Assembly: GCA_964036045.1 (NCBI GenBank)
Contig: OZ038378.1
Coordinates: forward strand, 141,174,001-141,238,000
Reading direction: 5' to 3'
Length of the DNA: 64,000 nucleotides
From: Eutreptiella sp. 'Long Island Sound 2002'
Lineage: Eukaryota > Protista > Euglenida
Shown here in pieces: positions 37,600 to 49,400 of this stretch (its first letter is position 1; the number at the start of each line of letters is the position of its first letter). The notes under the pieces were generated by a model. It was not told the DNA's origin and searched no databases. It saw only the letters and a program-made list of their open reading frames with translations. Made by a program: the position numbers and the translations under genes.

Positions 37600-39195
37600 C
37601 TCTTGCGTCAGTGGCGCCCCACCTAGGCCAAACTATCATGCACAACAACTAGTTGGCACTCGGCCAACATAACATGATATAATTGGGATGAGGCACTCGA
37701 AACAAATGCAGGCTCAAGAAAAGAGACCTAATTGGGCCATGGCCAATATCGGAGCGGCAGCATTGGGAACAAAACCGGGTGTAGTAAAAAAAAGAGAACC
37801 CGGCAAGGCCACAATCAGCATTGGTGCCCACTACTTACAAGTAGTTACAAAAGACACCCTTGAAAACCAAGTCGGCCTTAGTATCTGTATATTCCAGGTT
37901 AGAGTTTGGTTTGCTTCCCTTTGTGGGATTCTTGATGCACATCACGAACGGATCCCCTTGCAGCTTGGTGCAAAATTCTTGGTCCACACACCGGGTAGGG
38001 TGTTCAAATCAAAAGCAACAAGAATAGCAAAAGCAACAGAGTCAGCGGGGTCCGCCGTTTTGGGTTCGTTGTACATCCGAGCCAACTCCCAATGTTGTGC
38101 TGGGGTCGTGGGGGTGGAGGCCGATGTGGAACGACTGTTGTACAGAGTTGCTTCAGCCATTTCACGCAACAACCACAATCTATCCTAGGGCACTTGCAAT
38201 AAGCCCTTGAAAACACGTCGAGACGAGGCACAATACAATGTCAAGAGACATGCCGGATGGCAACTGACACACTTAATCTGCCGGATGAATGTGGGTGCCA
38301 TTGCAAATGCAAGGGCACCGCATCCCAAAGCATCCCAAATCTTTGCCCACTCCTTCCGTGGTTGTGGTTGAATGCAATCAACAAGTGCAACACCCAATGG
38401 AAATTGCCCACATTATATACTTGTGCCACAATCAAGGGTAGTGTGAAGTACATATCAATGAACGACGCTTCCAAAGGGCAGTCTACCCACGATCCAACCA
38501 ACTGTTGTCAGCGTGGACTGGCACACCGAGGCACTCACACAATGCGTCACACACAACCCACACCACACCCATTGTGTCCCCATCCACACTGAGAGCGGTC
38601 TAGGTAACGCACCATTAATACTCCATAATCTGAGCGGAGTTTGTGGCATAGCTCTCTGTGGCCTCAAACTCATATCGTTGCGGGGCCGGACATGCAACCA
38701 TGAGATGTAGTGGCCACCCCCAATCGTCACTAAGCAGTGCCACCACCTCTTACAAGGGTGGGCGAAATGAGCCTTGGCTATTATTGAGTGTTCCACACAC
38801 ATCAGCCAACATTTTTTCTATACTAGGGCACCCATTATGAGATGTTGGGTGATCACTAGAGGGTGTAGCGACAACCATTCCGGACGGAATGGAACTGGGT
38901 GCCACAACGTCGAGTGGGGTACTAGATACCTTGGCTACAGAGGCGCTGCTTCCACCAACATGCACAGAGAGGGTTGGGTGCAAGATGGTTTCAAGCCGCA
39001 CCTCCTTCTCCCACTTCCCACTTTTGTAGCACCCATTTTACCACCCATTTTACCTCATCCCTATCCTTGAATTGTCGGGCTACCAACCAAGCAGTGAATG
39101 CACCCATCACAATAGATATACCACAAATACACGGCCCTCTTGCATTGACCGCATGTAATTGGTGGACGGCACAAGCGCATTGAATGCCACGAGGC
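37600..39195 (-). mobile_element. Partial second copy of the Ulp1-carrying MULE (protease and 3' region)
   Basis: Colinear with 57010-58920. Encodes IVAQVYNVGNFHWVLHLLI and FIRQIKCVSCHPACLL, with stops, frameshifts and an internal deletion. Confidence 0.85.
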
Positions 39196-39924
39196 ATTCC
39201 CTAATGAGGACTCCTAGGCCTCCCATGTCATCAGTGTTTTCTCCCCCCCCCCCTCTTCGGCTGGAATATTGAAGTTGTAGACACCATTGCTGAAGTGCAT
39301 AGGTATGGCCATAGCAACTTGAGGTGGAGGCCTTGGACCACACCAGCGCAAGCTACAAGCAACTTTCCCCGCTTACACCACACATTCAACATACACGTTT
39401 AACCACCGAAGTGGCATTGTTACCTTGCAATGGAGAAACATTAGCCACAACTGACCCAAAAAGAATATTCTGTTGTGTTACCAGGTGCGGCCTCATATTA
39501 GGACCCAAATTTTGTCTTTTGGAAAAATTGTTCCCCATAACCCTTTCCCCCCACCAATTACTTGGGGTCATGTCACGTGGGGCGGCCAATATAGGGATAG
39601 GGCCACCCCCCACTAGCAATGCACATGGGGTTGCCCAGCCGCCATTCCATCCCCTACATACACAGGGACATTAATACTGCAAACATTGCAAGAAAAAACA
39701 AAAACCGAATCGGGAAGTGTTGGGGGGGGGGGGGGAGGAAACTTTAGCTACGCACCCCATTGTGGCCATGCACTTTCACAAAAAGAAAACACAACATACA
39801 ACATTCAGTGGAGGGAAAAACACCAAGCCGGAGGTGTATTGTCACCCCCAAAATTTCTATTGAGCATTGCAAACATGCATGTGATTTGATGTTTATAAAG
39901 TGTCTAACGGCAATGCACTTTGAT

Positions 39925-40590
39925 TGTCGGTCCCCCACACTTGAGAGAGGGGGACAAAATCAGCAATGGCCCACAAGTGGGCGCATTGGTTACGTCACCC
40001 TTGCCGTCTAGGGGGTCGCCAACCCTTGACATCGGGGAACAAAATCGGCAGTGGCCCACAATTGGCCGGATTGGCTATATATGCCGTAGCCAATCCGCCG
40101 CCTTGTGGGCCATTGCTCATTTTGTCCCCTACTTTGAGGCATTGGGGATCTCCCCAGATGGTAGGGGGCCGTAGCCAATCCACCCACTTGTGGGCCATTG
40201 TTGAGTTTGTCCCCCGCTCTAAAGCATTGGGGACCACTGAAACGGCAAGGGTGGCATTGCCAATGCGCCCACTTGTGGGCCACTACTAATTTTGGTGCAA
40301 ACTATGAAGCATTGGGGACCCCCCACACGGCAGGGGTGACGTAGCCAATCCGCACAGTTGTGGGCCACTGCTGATTTTGTCCCCCACTTTGAAGCGTCGG
40401 GGACCCCAGATGGAAGGGGTGACGTAGCCAATCCGCCCACTTGTGGGCCACTGCTGGTTTTGTCCCAGGATGTGAAGCGTTTGGGACCCCTTAGACGGCA
40501 AGGGTATGTAACCAATCCGTTGACTTGTGGGCCACTGCTGATTTCGTCCCACGCTCTAAAGTGTTGGGGACCCCCCACACGGCGCCCGGG
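39925..40590. repeat. ~84-bp unit array in head-to-head inverted arrangement (about 2 + 6 units)
   Basis: gtagccaatccgc...cttgtgggccactgctgattttgtcccc units. Orientation flips at ggattggcta-tatatgccg-tagccaatcc (~40082). Confidence 0.85.
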
Positions 40591-41696
40591 ACACGCTCTG
40601 GATGTGCCCTTGATTTGCGCTTGTTGTGTCCATGCTGCGGCCCTAGGCGCCGTCAATGCACGAATGAAGTGCCGATGGTGCGGCTGACACGAAGTTTCCA
40701 CTTGTCTTGCACCGTCGGCTTGTTGCACTTGATGCTTGACTGCTGTAGGACACCCCGAGGACTTGAGCTTTCTTGCAGCTATGCTTCTGCCGTGTTGTGC
40801 ATTGCCCCTTTACCCCCGCCTGTCTCCTGAGTCATCGCTGGTTGCATTGCTAATGGTGCTAATGCTCCGCAGTTGCCACTGCCCCCAAAGCATGGAGGGC
40901 CGGTATCCCCGGTCCTCAGGGTTCTTGGTCAAATTGTGGACAATCTCAGGCAGCCTTGGGACCCACGGTATCACAAACGGGTGGGGACCACCCACCCGGG
41001 TGTGGTGGAAGGTAACACCAATAGACAGCATGATAAGTGATCTATGATTACAACCGATGACTATAGTGTGGCAGTGTAATGATGGATACCCACTGCCCAC
41101 GACCTCCGACAGAGCGGCAGTGTAGTGGAAGAGTCCCACTGCCCACTGCCCCTAGCATTCCAGTGGTGTATTGAAGAAGCCCCATCGCCCACTACTCACT
41201 ACCTCCTACAGCAAAGGCCGGGATGTCTTGCACGCGGGGAAAATGAAAAACAGGCGGGCCCTGAACCTTGACCTGAAACCAACCATAAGCCCTGATTGTT
41301 GGGTGTCTGCTGCTCTGCCTTGGGCAGGCAGCTGCACCCCCCCCCCCCCCAGGTCTCGGCATCGTCTGCTTGCTTGGGGTCGTCTGCCGAGTCCACTTGG
41401 GGAGGGGGGCTCGTGCATGTTGCCTGGGCCGCGCGGTGCCCCCCCTTGGGCTTCGTGCCTTTGCGCTCCGGGCCGGGCTGCGTCTGCTGGCCCACTACCG
41501 CTCTGTCGAGGCCGGGTCAGTGGGTAGTCTTCAGCTGTGCTCCTGCTTGCACACTGCCGCAGTGCAGGGGGCAGCCGGTATTGGTAACAGTGCCTTCGGC
41601 ACATCACACCACCCCACGCCACGCCACGTACACGTACACGAAACAACACCACGCCATGCCATGCCACGCCACACCACACATGAGGGCACGAAACAC

Positions 41697-41975
41697 CTTT
41701 CGATCGATTGGCAACGGAGCGGGTATGCCACGGACGCGGGCATCCACAGCGCAGTTGCTGGTGTGCACATCCACCACGACCCCCTGCTTGCGCATGATCT
41801 TCCGGTACTTCTTCAACACAGAGCTGATGAAGAAGTGCAGGCTGCAGTCCTTGACCGTAGTCTGCACTATCGGATTCTTGAGCGGTGGGTCCAAGCCAAC
41901 TGTCACCTTCACAGCACGGCGAACAGGTGGTGCATAGGGTGTATAGGCCGGTGCATCCTTCTCTTTACTGTCTGA
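41697..41975 (-). CDS. Coiled-coil gene 2, most 5' exon located
   Basis: Acceptor at 41975 (phase 0) or 41979 (phase 2), donor AAG|GTGTTT. SDSKEKDAPAYTPYAPPVRRAVKVTVGLDPPLKNPIVQTTVKDCSLHFFISSVLKKYRKIMRKQGVVVDVHTSNCAVDARVRGIPAPLPIDRK joins in frame to DNLKEKL. Confidence 0.75.
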
Positions 41976-44113
41976 CTGTCTGGTGCAGTGGGATACAGTG
42001 CAAAAACGCACCACCAGCTTTGGAAAATGCGGTCTAAGGGCGAATGTTTGCCCATGCGCACCCTGTGCAACGACATTCCCGATAGGATACAAGAAGTGGT
42101 CCAAACAGCCAACCCTCTGTCTTCACAGAGACACAGAAGTAGCATAATCACTGGGATAGTTTGCGGTGGGTACCACTGGTGGAAGTGGGGGGGGGGCTCC
42201 GTGACTGAGGCACAAAATGTCCGCCTGTGTCCCCGGGGAAAGCGGTGTTTCGGGGCATGAGTCCTATTTCTGGCGACCACAGGCCGACACGCCAGCGCAC
42301 GACTAGGCGTGTTCCCAACCATCGGTGTCAAAGTCCAGGTACGAACTCTCGGCCATCGTCTTCAGTGGCCGCAGCTGTATTGCTGGCGCTGGAACATTTA
42401 AATGTTGGGATTCGAACCCGGAGCCCAGGGTGTAGAAGTCGTGTGCTTTCCCCTCTCGAGCGACCGGATTCTCTCTTCGGTGGCAGGTGGAAAGAATCCC
42501 CGCAACACGTGTTCAACGCAGGCGCCGAAGGGATGGTGTGCGTCGGTTTCTTCTTCGCTTATCGCTGGTCCCAGTCCACTGCAGTTTGCGCCGGAACGGG
42601 GTGCACTGCGGGAGGTACCATGCCGTCATGAGCAGCAGCAACGCTTCGCTGCATGGCCCAGTCCCTCTTCCCAGATAACCCGTGTCATCAGACATTGACA
42701 ACAGGGGCGGCGGTCAGAGAGAACGAGAACGGCGGGGTCGTTGCCGTCGTTGCCGTGTTTGAGCACGTGTGCGAGGAGTCACACGCGCCTGGTCCATTAT
42801 TGTTCTTGTGGGTCCCGGGGGCTGTTGGTCACTACTGCTCATATTGCATTTAGTGTGGGCATCATATCATCGGTGCGCCGGATGAGCCCAGCTGCCGCCT
42901 TGGGAGAGCATAAAGATTACAGGCGCTGGCACAACATGCGAAGAACTTCAATGGCACCAATTCACCGCATATCACTGTGCTCTTGGTGCATGGCGAAGGG
43001 CGGAGGCTGACCTTGATGGAGTATGTGGGTGACCTTGCGACGTGCGAATACGATGCGCGGCGGTGGGATCCATCCGGATGATCGGCCGTGAGGGGATGCA
43101 TGTCCGTACCCAGTACACCAGCATGACTGGCTCTGGTCCGATCCATGGGATCGTCTGTCAGAACTCAGGACAGACGCCCAGGCTGGGGGCTCGCATGGAG
43201 TCAGCGCAGCCCCAACATGGTCAAGTCATGTGTGAGAGGCACAACTGCAATTGTCTTCGAACAGAGCACATGAGGATAGTGAGGGATCTCCCAGGTCCCA
43301 GGTCCCACTGGCTACTCTCCCCAAACTGCCCTTCCCACGACCCCAAGCGAAACAGCCTGGCCACCCCATAATCTCACAGTCCCTCACAGCCCTTAGTTGC
43401 ACAATCTCACAATGCTGCAGCCCCACAGCCCAAACCGCCTCAGCACCGAAGGCCCACAGCTAGCCCCCAATCCCCACACAAACAAAAAAGAAAAAAATTA
43501 GAACACAAGTACATTCTTTTTTCTGCGTGCCCCAGTCGCGTCTAAGCTAGAGGCTGTGGGTGTGCATAATTGATGTGGCACTGTGCAACTGTGCAGGTGT
43601 GGTCAGAGTGCTTTGCCCTGTATTAGAGGATCAAAAAAAAACGAGTATGCATACACCGTGTTTGGCTGTAGCACTCATTGTTGTGCTCGCTGTGCAACTT
43701 GTAGCCTGTACCATCTCCCAATGTTCTGTGGGATGCATCCATCAGCATTCAGCCTTCAACACTAATTCCATTTGTGTCCTTGAACTTGAACTTTGGGATG
43801 GCCGCAGGTGGGCAGCCTTTGCAACTCATCTCCCTGGCTATTTTACACGGTGGCCGCCTACACAGTGGCGGGAGGGGGAGCTCTCCACCATTGGTTCCCC
43901 TGGGTTTCCGCCTCTCGGCTGGAAACTTAACCGAGGTTTCCACGGGGTGCGGCCCGCGGTAAGCTTCCCATGGGTGCGGCCCTCACGGGACGTGCCCCCT
44001 TGAGTCCCCTTTCGAAGTATCCCCCGGCCCTCCCCTTCCCCTCGCACAGCCTTTCAGGTCCCGTAGGCGGGCTTCCTGCAGGTAGCTATGCCGAGTGAAA
44101 AATGTAAGTGTGT

Positions 44114-45131
44114 ACAAAAAAACCGTCTAGTCGTGTAATTTTTTTTTTGCTGTAAATGCGTGTAATTTTTTTTTTGCTGTAAGTCGTGAATTATAAAAAA
44201 ATTTGATTTTTTTATTTTTGCGGTAAAGGAGTGTAATCTTTTTTTTGCGGTAAGTCGTGTAAATTATAAAAAAAAATTGAAAAATTGAAAGAAATGCAAC
44301 CTATGCAATACATGCGCAATATGTACAGCTGCCGGTTCCGTACGGCACCCCATAGCGACCTTAACGATGGGACGCCGAGTCCACAAAGCACATAGTACTC
44401 TGCGTGGCCACCAATTAGTTGGGACTCGGCCAATATAACATCGTTTCACATGTTGTCATTGGCACTAGACTCAAAATCAGGCCCAAGAGAAGAGTCCTGA
44501 CAGGGCCATGGCCAACATCCACTGTGCCTGCACTGGGAACAAAATCAGGCTCAAGAAAAAGAGTCCCGACAGGGCCATGGCCAACGCTAGTGCCACCATT
44601 ATAGGCCACCAAGGCACTGGCATGGGGCCAATATTATAGCAATCGTATACGCTCCACCATTGGTACACCAAACGGTGGAGGAAAATACAGCCCACAAAAC
44701 ATGCACCCGCTACAAGTAGTTGCAGAATGCACGCTTGTAGATCAAGTCCGTTTTTGTGTCACCGGACTTGGGCTTTGCACCAGGATTGGGGTTAAGCTGA
44801 CAAGCGGTGCGCAACTCTTTCACTAGCTGCTTGCACAGGTCATCGATGAAAAGCTGGTCACACTCCAGCTGGCCAGATGCATCTGCTGGGTAGCCATCCG
44901 GCACCTTGCGCCACTCTTCACGGATGAGGACCTTGGGACGGGTGTCCTCCTCCTCTGTGGGAGTGTCCACGGAAGGTTGCGGCCTGGCCTCCGGGCTTTC
45001 CACGCTCTGCTCGGCGGAGGCGTCCTTGCCTTCGAGTGGGGTGGAGGTGGCCTTTTTTGCGGTAAGTCGTGTAAGCCGGCTTAGACGACTTACAGCAAAA
45101 AAAGAATTACACGACGTGACGGTTTTTTTGT
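44114..45131. mobile_element. Non-autonomous element with 42-bp inverted repeats carrying a fragment homologous to the MULE 3' coding region
   Basis: 44114-44155 versus the reverse complement of 45090-45131 is 39/42 identical. The internal minus frame GQLECDQLF...TKTDLIYKRAFCNYL resembles GQLRNDQAF...TKADLIFNRVFCNHL at ~57180-57350. Confidence 0.7.
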
Positions 45132-46399
45132 TACGCGCATTTAGGGGGAGTATCCGCACCGCGCGCGCACCGCGCGTGCACCGCGTCCGCACCGCGTCAG
45201 GTATTTGAACAACTTCCCTAGGAGATGGTCTACTGGGAGAGGAGTTGTAAATGGTACCTGCTGGGCTCTGAGGCGTTACCATTCCCCCTGATTGGCTCTG
45301 GATGAAAGGGTCTATGGAACAACCCCAGTACCCGCACCACGCATGCACCGCGCGCGCACCGCGCGCGCACCGCGTCTGATACTCCCCCTTACAGCGGAAA
45401 AAAAAATTACACGAATTACAACATACACCTGTGCCGACAACAGGGACCAACCATAGGGAGAGAAAACGGAACACACCATTCGTCGGAAAGCGTAAAAAGG
45501 AAAATGGGAAAACATCCCCATTGGTTGAGTGGGGAACTGCGGGCTAACCATGGGAGTCCTGGCCACAAGAAGTCTGGAAAATACCTTGCCCTAAGCAGCC
45601 GTGAGGCGCAAGGAGGGGAGGGTTGACCCCTAGGTCAATGGCCTCAAGTACACGTGGGTTAGGCGTGAGCCGATCCGGGGAACGTGGAACAACCTCGCCC
45701 CCTGGCCTCCAGCCGCACGTGGACAACAACCAAGTACACCCGGGAACCAAGTGGGCACTCCAGCCCGTCACCCATCTCACCAGGGCTTCCTACCCCCTAT
45801 ACTTGTGCCAACGAAGAGGTACTCTCCCTGGGGGGGGGGGGTCAATGGTCGGTACTGATTGACTGAATGTCCCCGCCATAGACACTTTCAGCCGTTAGTT
45901 CGAATGTTCATGTGTTCCGGGCAATTGCAAATGCAAAGTGTCCCCTTCTTGGTTGGGGTGCTCCACTATCTATGTACATAGCCGAGGTCAGCTTGCGTTG
46001 ACGACCGTTCAGTGGGCGCCGCCCAGGGCAGGTTAGTTGCTGCATTCAAACCCAATACTCAGCCCGCCAAGAGAATAAAGCGTCAATCAAGGATCGACTG
46101 CATTCTACCACTACCCATGTTCCTTAGGCTGCTGATGCATGGCACTCACTCGGCCTTACCCTTGGTCCATGGAAGATTACGGTTTCACAGGGTAAACACT
46201 GGTGGTGGAGTTGAGAGAGAGAGGCATTCAGTAAACAGGGGGGCCAGAGCCAAAAAGGCGCTGCTGGCCTAGGGGGGGAGAAAGACAGGAAAGAGAAGAG
46301 GCATGCTCGTGGCGATCGGCCAGTTGCGATTGCCATCAGTTGAGTAGGATCGCCCACCATCCGTACTGCAGCTTGATATTTGTGAGTGATCCCATGTAG

Positions 46400-49300
46400 T
46401 TGTGCCACAGCCGGAGTCTATACGCCTGCTGCCCTGGGAGCTTCCTGGCAGCGGGGAGGGGGCTCCTGAGTCGTTAGCATCAAGTTCATTTTCAGGGAGT
46501 GCAAAAAGTTGCTTAGTGCGCAGAAAAGCAGTGCTTCATCAGAGTGATTAGAAGACAAACCAAGCGTCAGACAGTGGTAGCAGCAGGGCGACCCGAGGCC
46601 CGATCGGCTGTGTCTCAGTCGTCCTGGTCAGGGTCCGCGGCAACAAAGGCCTGCACTCCCTGGAGAGCTCTAGGCTGGGCGTTCGATTCTGAAGAACGTA
46701 CCAGCTCCCTGCCACCACTGCTACCAAGGGTTTTCTGCTCCTTTCCGGTGCCCACTCCGCTCTTCCCTGCAGCTGGACCTATTCGCTTCCCCACCTGTCG
46801 TCCCGCAAATGCTCCTATCCGCTTCTTGGGGCCCCTACTCCGAGGCTGTTCCTATCCGTCCCCCTCCTCCTCGTTCCCGCGGATGGTCCTATCCGCTATC
46901 TGCACCCTCTTACCCACGGATGGTCCTATCCGCTGCCCACTCACCCGTTCCTATGGTGTTCCCGCCTGTGGCGGTTTCCTTGTCCATGTTGGTGCCTTTG
47001 TCCATGCCTGCCCCTTTGGCGTTGTCTGTGTCTCTGTCCCTATCCGTCCGTGTCGATGTCCGTGCCTGTGTCTGTGTATGTGTATCTGCCTGCTTCTGTG
47101 TTGGTGCCCGTATGTGTCCTCTCCTACGCCTGCGTTGGCGCCCCTGTGTGCACCTGCACCTGTGCCGGGTCCTGTGAAGCCTTGCGCTGCTGCCCAGTGT
47201 CCGTCGCGTTGTGCACCACAGATGCTCCTCTCCGTGTACACCCGTCACCGTGTTTGCCTGCCCAAACGTACTGCCGTTAAGGTTGTCTGGTGCCGGTCCA
47301 TGCCTTGCTTTGCCTTGATTCTTTTGTGTCTGCTTTCTATCGTGCCTTGTGTTCGCGCGCTTGTGGGTTGTTGTGTGCGGGGCTGTGGTGTGCAGGGCCC
47401 TGGTGTGTGGGCCCTGCGGCGATGTGGCTTGCGGGGCAGGGCTGCGTTGTGTGGGGCCCTGCTGCGCAGAGCCGTGTTGCGTGGCTCCATGGTGTGTGGG
47501 GCTGCAGCGTGCGGGGCTGTGGTGTGGGCCGCTGCAGGGTGGGCGGCGGTGGTGTGTGGTGCTGCCCGGGAACAGTCCTACTGCGCGCACCTGCCCATGC
47601 ACTCACCCCAACCCTGCATGAAGCACTTTGGCCCATACCTTTGCGGTAACTTTTTTTTTGGCTCAGACCAGGATGAACTGGCGTAGCCTGCTCACTTCAC
47701 AGTACTCGAGGTGACCCCTCGGGATCAAGGTTCAGAGCTGTCCAGTGCTACGATGATCCCACAAATGACTGTGGTAGCGGATCTGACACTTAGTGAGGAT
47801 GAGCTGAGTCTGAAACCAGGTTATGCAGTGGGAGACTGCCACGCCCGTAGGCTTCCCAGTGTGCATGAGGCACAATGACTGTAGGCTGAAAAAGACAGCG
47901 GAGTGAAGATTGAAGGCCGAGGTGAATCAGCAGATTGCATGTCATACACTATCAGAGTGGGTGGGGGATGGCATTCAGGCACGATTGGTCAATCAGGCAC
48001 AAAGGGTCACTATTCGCTTGGGGCAGAGCGCACTGCTGTGGAGTGATTGGTGACACACAGAAGAGGGCGAAGATGGGAGGTAGAACACTGGCAGGGTTAC
48101 GGTGCACTTGGGAGTGGCATTCCACACCTGTGGGGGAAAAAATAGACAAGGGGAGGACGCCACAGGGGGGCCAACCTGCCATGGGTTGGTGACAAAATAG
48201 TAACCGGCGCGCAGCCGACACCACCGCCAAGTGCAAGAATCCAGTGTCAGGTGTCAAGTCTGTAGAGGGGTTGGTCCCTGTCTTCAGAAATTAGGCCACA
48301 CCGACCCGGACTCGGAGGGTTGAGGGGCAGTGCGGGGCGTGTAGGTCCGTTTTGGGTTGGGGTTTGCAGTGTCATAGGGCCGGGAGCGCTTTTTGAGGTG
48401 ACGTACGGTGGCAACGGCAGCTCGGAACAGGTCCTCCGCAGCTGACCAGTTTTCCCTTAGTAGTTGAGTGGCAACGTGTGTGAGTGCCTGCATTGACCGA
48501 TGTCTCAAGGTACGTAGGGGTTGAAGCCAAAACTTTTCCTTCCCGGTGTGGCATGTTTGCATCAGTGTGTCATAGTGGTCAAGGAGAAGAGTCCCTTGGC
48601 GCCTCCAGGCGATGATACGGCGAGGTGGCAATGGAGGTGCGTGAATTGCTGTAACATCGCCACATGCGATTGTAAAATTGCTGCAGGAGGTTGGCTTCTG
48701 TGTAATGGGCATACTGTAGGAAGCGGCTGCCTAACTCCATGTCCCACCGTCGGCGTCGCATGAGGGTGTGGGCAAATTGCTTGTAATCCGCGATTGCAGT
48801 GGCCTGAAACTTTAGTGCATGGTGGGGGGGGGGGGGGGCAGGTCGGGGTGAAACACGCCTGGGAATGCACATAGTGCAAGGAGGCAAACGTTTTCAGACC
48901 AGCCGTGTAGGGTGTACCAGGGTGCTGGGTGAGGTAGCGGACGGCCTTGGACCGATTCTGGGAGGTAGGGGTTTGGGTCAGCAGCTTTTTTATCCGGTGT
49001 GTAACAAGAAGGGTGGGCGCCGGTTTTGGGGTGGGTGTGTCTGGGTCGGAGTCACTTGTCGCAGGAGAGAAGTGTACCTGTTCCCACAGGTTTTTTGTTG
49101 TCGGGTTTGGTTGGGGTTTCCTACAGTGTAGCGAACCAAACCAGGCAGAAATGGACGCAGTAGGGACAGAAGAATCAGTGCATCGGGGCGGCATGGGTAA
49201 TTCACCACGTAGGGACGTTACCGACAGAAGCAAGTGGTACTTATGGTAAGCAACACGCTCGCGCAGAGCAGGCCGCAGTGTTCGAGGCAGGCCGTCTACA

Positions 49301-49400
49301 AAAGATTGGGGGATCCGCAAGCGAGAGATATGCCCATACCTTTGCGGCAACTTTTGCGGGCATGCTAGCACGCATATTTCAATGCACCACTGCATGCAAC
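46400..49400 (-). pseudogene. Possible decayed retrotransposon gag-like region
   Basis: Fragmentary minus-strand frames with QSFVDGLPRTLRPALRE and LLDHYDTLMQ...KFWLQPLRTLRHRS. No reverse transcriptase motif recognised. Confidence 0.3.

Noticed and set aside
42310-42590. tRNA-like B box (ggttcgaatcc) and two protein-like minus frames (AISEEETDAHHPFGACVEHVLRGFF; HDFYTLGSGFE...)
   Set aside because: No acceptor stem for a tRNA. The exon reading depends on a weak GTCGCT donor, and the alternatives cannot be distinguished.
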